A stretch of 64,000 bases of DNA from Octopus sinensis. Taxonomy: Eukaryota. How positions within the stretch are numbered: the stretch's first letter is position 1; each line of letters opens with the position of its first letter. This document shows, piece after piece, positions 61,091 through 64,000 of the stretch. The position numbers and the translations under genes are program-made. The notes beneath the pieces are model-generated. The model saw only the letters and a program-made list of their open reading frames with translations. It was not told where the DNA came from and ran no database searches. The stretch spans positions 14,942,001-15,006,000 of the forward strand of contig NC_043000.1 in NCBI RefSeq assembly GCF_006345805.1. Reading direction: 5' to 3'.

Positions 61091-61817
61091 ACCATTCTCC
61101 CCACCAAATCAATTCCAACTAACTTCACTACGGTAACAACTCATTCTTCTCACAACTTGCCAGTTTCCACTGCTACTACAGCCATGGCTGATGTCCCTAA
61201 TCCATCAGAGGTATGCAGTCTTGCAGAGATCTCTTATTTAGATTCCACAGCTAATTATTTAAATCCAGCAGAAAAGGAAATGACCAAAACTAGTCCAAGC
61301 CTAATTCCAAAATATTGTAATAATTCAATAATTCGCCAGGGCTCATATACCCTGGGAGAGCCATCAGTTGATTTAAGAAAATACCTTAACAGTTCAATCC
61401 ACAATTCCCATGAAGATAAGGATGCCGACAATAACAGCAGTTTAGATTCTGACAAAATCCCTTCTTATGACGTTTTTCAATCTCAACTGCTGAAAAAAAA
61501 TTCTGAAAATGTCAGCCCATCACTTATCAGTTTTGAAATAGACAGCTTTAAATCAGAACAGCAATCTGCAAGCGTAAATGAGGTTGAAATCACAAGTAAT
61601 TCCAGCAAAAATTCTACCCCTGTTACAAAAGAGAAAATACCCAGAAACTCAATTTTGGAAAATATTCCATTATCAGCAGCTTCATGCCAAAGTGATTACA
61701 GCCCATTAAATACTTCAAGAAAAAAATCTCCAATCAAGAAAAAAGAAGATAAATGCAACATGAATACTTCTACATTATATCATACACAAAATGGTTTGGA
61801 AACTTCAGCTTTCAACG
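61091..61817 (+). CDS. CCP110: CP110 exon 5 (gene continues beyond the window)
   Basis: ttttccag acceptor in frame with ORF 61157-61894; contains IIRQGSYTLGEPS; probable gtaaca donor at 61818. Confidence 0.78.
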
Positions 61818-62823
61818 GTAACATTCACTTTAAGTTTTTAAAGAATTTTTTTTTACAATTGCAGATCTCCTTAATTTCAATGTTTTGCTTCTAAGTTAAG
61901 CCTTTGCCTGTGCAAAGCTTTTTCATAAGTTTGTTCTACTCATTTAATGCTTGCTTTCAGACTTTTTTTAGTTAGCTCTTGTTTCATAGATCCTGAGTAA
62001 TATTAAGCTTTCCTTTCATAAGTCTCAAGTTACTCTGGTGGTCAAAAATATTGGAAGTATATATCATATATGGTGCATGGACATCAGGCAGATACATCCT
62101 GCACATCACATGTGATACACAGGACAGGCAGTGTTAAAAACCAGGCAGTTACATCCTTATCTTCTATCTTTTACTGGTTTTAGTCTTAAGCTGTGGCCAT
62201 GCTTGAAGAATTTTAGCCTGGTACTTATTCTATTAGTCTCTTTTTGCCAAACCACAAAAGTTACAGGGATCTAAACATACCAACACCAGTTGTCAAATGG
62301 AGGTAGAGGATGAGCAAAAACACTAAGAAGCACACATCATCATCATCATCGTTTAACGTCCGTTTTCCATGCTAGCATGGGTTGGACGGTTTGACTGGAG
62401 TCTGGGAAGCCAGGAGGCTGCACCATGCTCCAGTCTGATCTGGCAGTGTTTCTATGGCTGGATGCCCTTCCTGATGCCAACCACTGTGAGTGTAGTGGGT
62501 GCTTTTTACATGCCACCGGCACAGGTGCCAGGGGAGGCTGGCAACAGCCACGATCGGTTGGTGCTTTTTACGTGCCACCGGCACGGAAGCCAGTCAAGGC
62601 AGCGCTGGCATCGGCCATGTACAGATGGTGCCTGTCATTTGTAATGCATTTTTCGTATCCTGGCTGAAAGAGTTTTGTTTTTACCTTACAAACTCTATCT
62701 GTAATTAAATAAAACCTATAAAATGATTAATAGCTTGTAAGGCATAGATATGTCCTAAAATTCAGTCTTTGGTGATATGGTAGTAGTACTACTACTAATA
62801 ATAATAATCCTTTACATTATATA

Positions 62824-63094
62824 ATTTTGTTGTATCTTGGTAGGGTCATTACACCAGTATTAAACACATACACTGGTTCTATTTCACTTCTTTATTTGTC
62901 AACCATTTAACCAATTAACTAATCAATTGTTTGATTATTTGGTCAGTCAGTCAATCTTATCACATGATTAACTAAATAATCAATTAGTTAACTTGTTAAG
63001 TGGTTAACTTGTTGTCTAATAAAAATAAAGAAGTGAAACAGAACCAGTTTGAGTATATTATTGATGTAATGACCCTCCCAAGATACAACAAAAT
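62824..63094. repeat. ~270-bp palindromic MITE
   Basis: attttgttgtatcttggtagggtcattacac... pairs with ...gtaatgaccctcccaagatacaacaaaat; interior also self-complementary. Confidence 0.75.
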
Positions 63095-63383
63095 GTTTCA
63101 TCACATGGGTTCACATCAAGAATTTTACAAATCAAATATAAAAACAGTTTTATAATTTAAATTCTTTTTAAACATTTAGTATTTGCTGTGCTATTGTATA
63201 GATCTTTCATGATCTGACTTTAATTTATTCTATCAATTTTCATGCATCAATATTATATGCATGCAGATCAGTCCTGATTAAGAGCTGCCTTGAGATTCAA
63301 AGGCATTACAGTTGTGATAATCCTGTTTTATATCTTCATTTTTCAGATGTAGTCAATCTAGGCCTACAAATCCAGTGTGCTTT

Positions 63384-63416
<33 letters not shown>

Positions 63417-64000
63417 AGATAGTTGGGTGTAATTTGAGTTAGATTTAGCTGCTATTGCTAGCAGTTCAATCAGCTGCATAGAGGCTCTGTTGTGTTGAGT
63501 TTCAAATATTATTTCTATGGAGAGGCACAGTAAACAATCCAACAGCATACCCCACTCTCCCTCACTCTTTTGTGAAGCTATACTCTTTTACTTGTTTCAG
63601 TCATGTGACTATGGCTATACTGGCGCACTGCCTTTAGTTGAGCAAATCGACCCCAGGACTTATTCTTTGTAAACCTAGTACTTATTTTATCGGTCTCTTT
63701 TGCCAAACTGCTAAGTTACGGGAACATAGACACACTAGCATCGGTTGTCAAGCGATGTTGGGGGGACAAACACACACACATATATATTCATGCCCCAACT
63801 GGCTTCTGTGCCGGTGGCACATAAAAAGCACCATCCGAACGTTGCCAGCGCTGCCTTGCCTGGCTTCCGTGCCGCTGGCACGTTAAAAGCTCCAACCGAT
63901 TGTGGACGATGCCGGACCCCCCATCCTGGCACCTGTGCAAGTGGCATGTAAAAAGCACCCACTACACTCGCGGAGTGGTTGGCGTTAGGAAGGGCATCCA

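Overview
AT-rich, repeat-dense animal genomic DNA. The SINE and RTE repeat families suggest an Octopus (coleoid cephalopod) genome. I reconstructed three spliced protein-coding genes by hand: the 3' three exons of TMA7 (+, 4511-6028), a complete 9-coding-exon folliculin gene FLCN (-, 29489-14331, 536 aa), and the first five exons of CCP110/CP110 (+, 47135 to at least 61817, continuing past the window). A very young, full-length CsRn1-clade Gypsy LTR retrotransposon (34612-40335) lies between FLCN and CCP110. The rest is mobile DNA: tRNA-headed SINEs, RTE, HERO and CR1-type LINE relics, two non-autonomous Helitrons, hAT, piggyBac and mariner MITEs, and a 1.9-kb foldback element. Two observations stand out. 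(1) Four short minus-strand elements carry minimal hammerhead-ribozyme motifs. One is a 355-nt monomer with 70-nt terminal redundancy, a target-site duplication (TSD) and a U3-A8 core variant, which looks like a retrozyme copied from a circular RNA. (2) The CCP110 promoter and first exon appear to have an old duplicate at about 32955-33230, at the likely FLCN promoter. All calls come from manual reading; no database searches were run.
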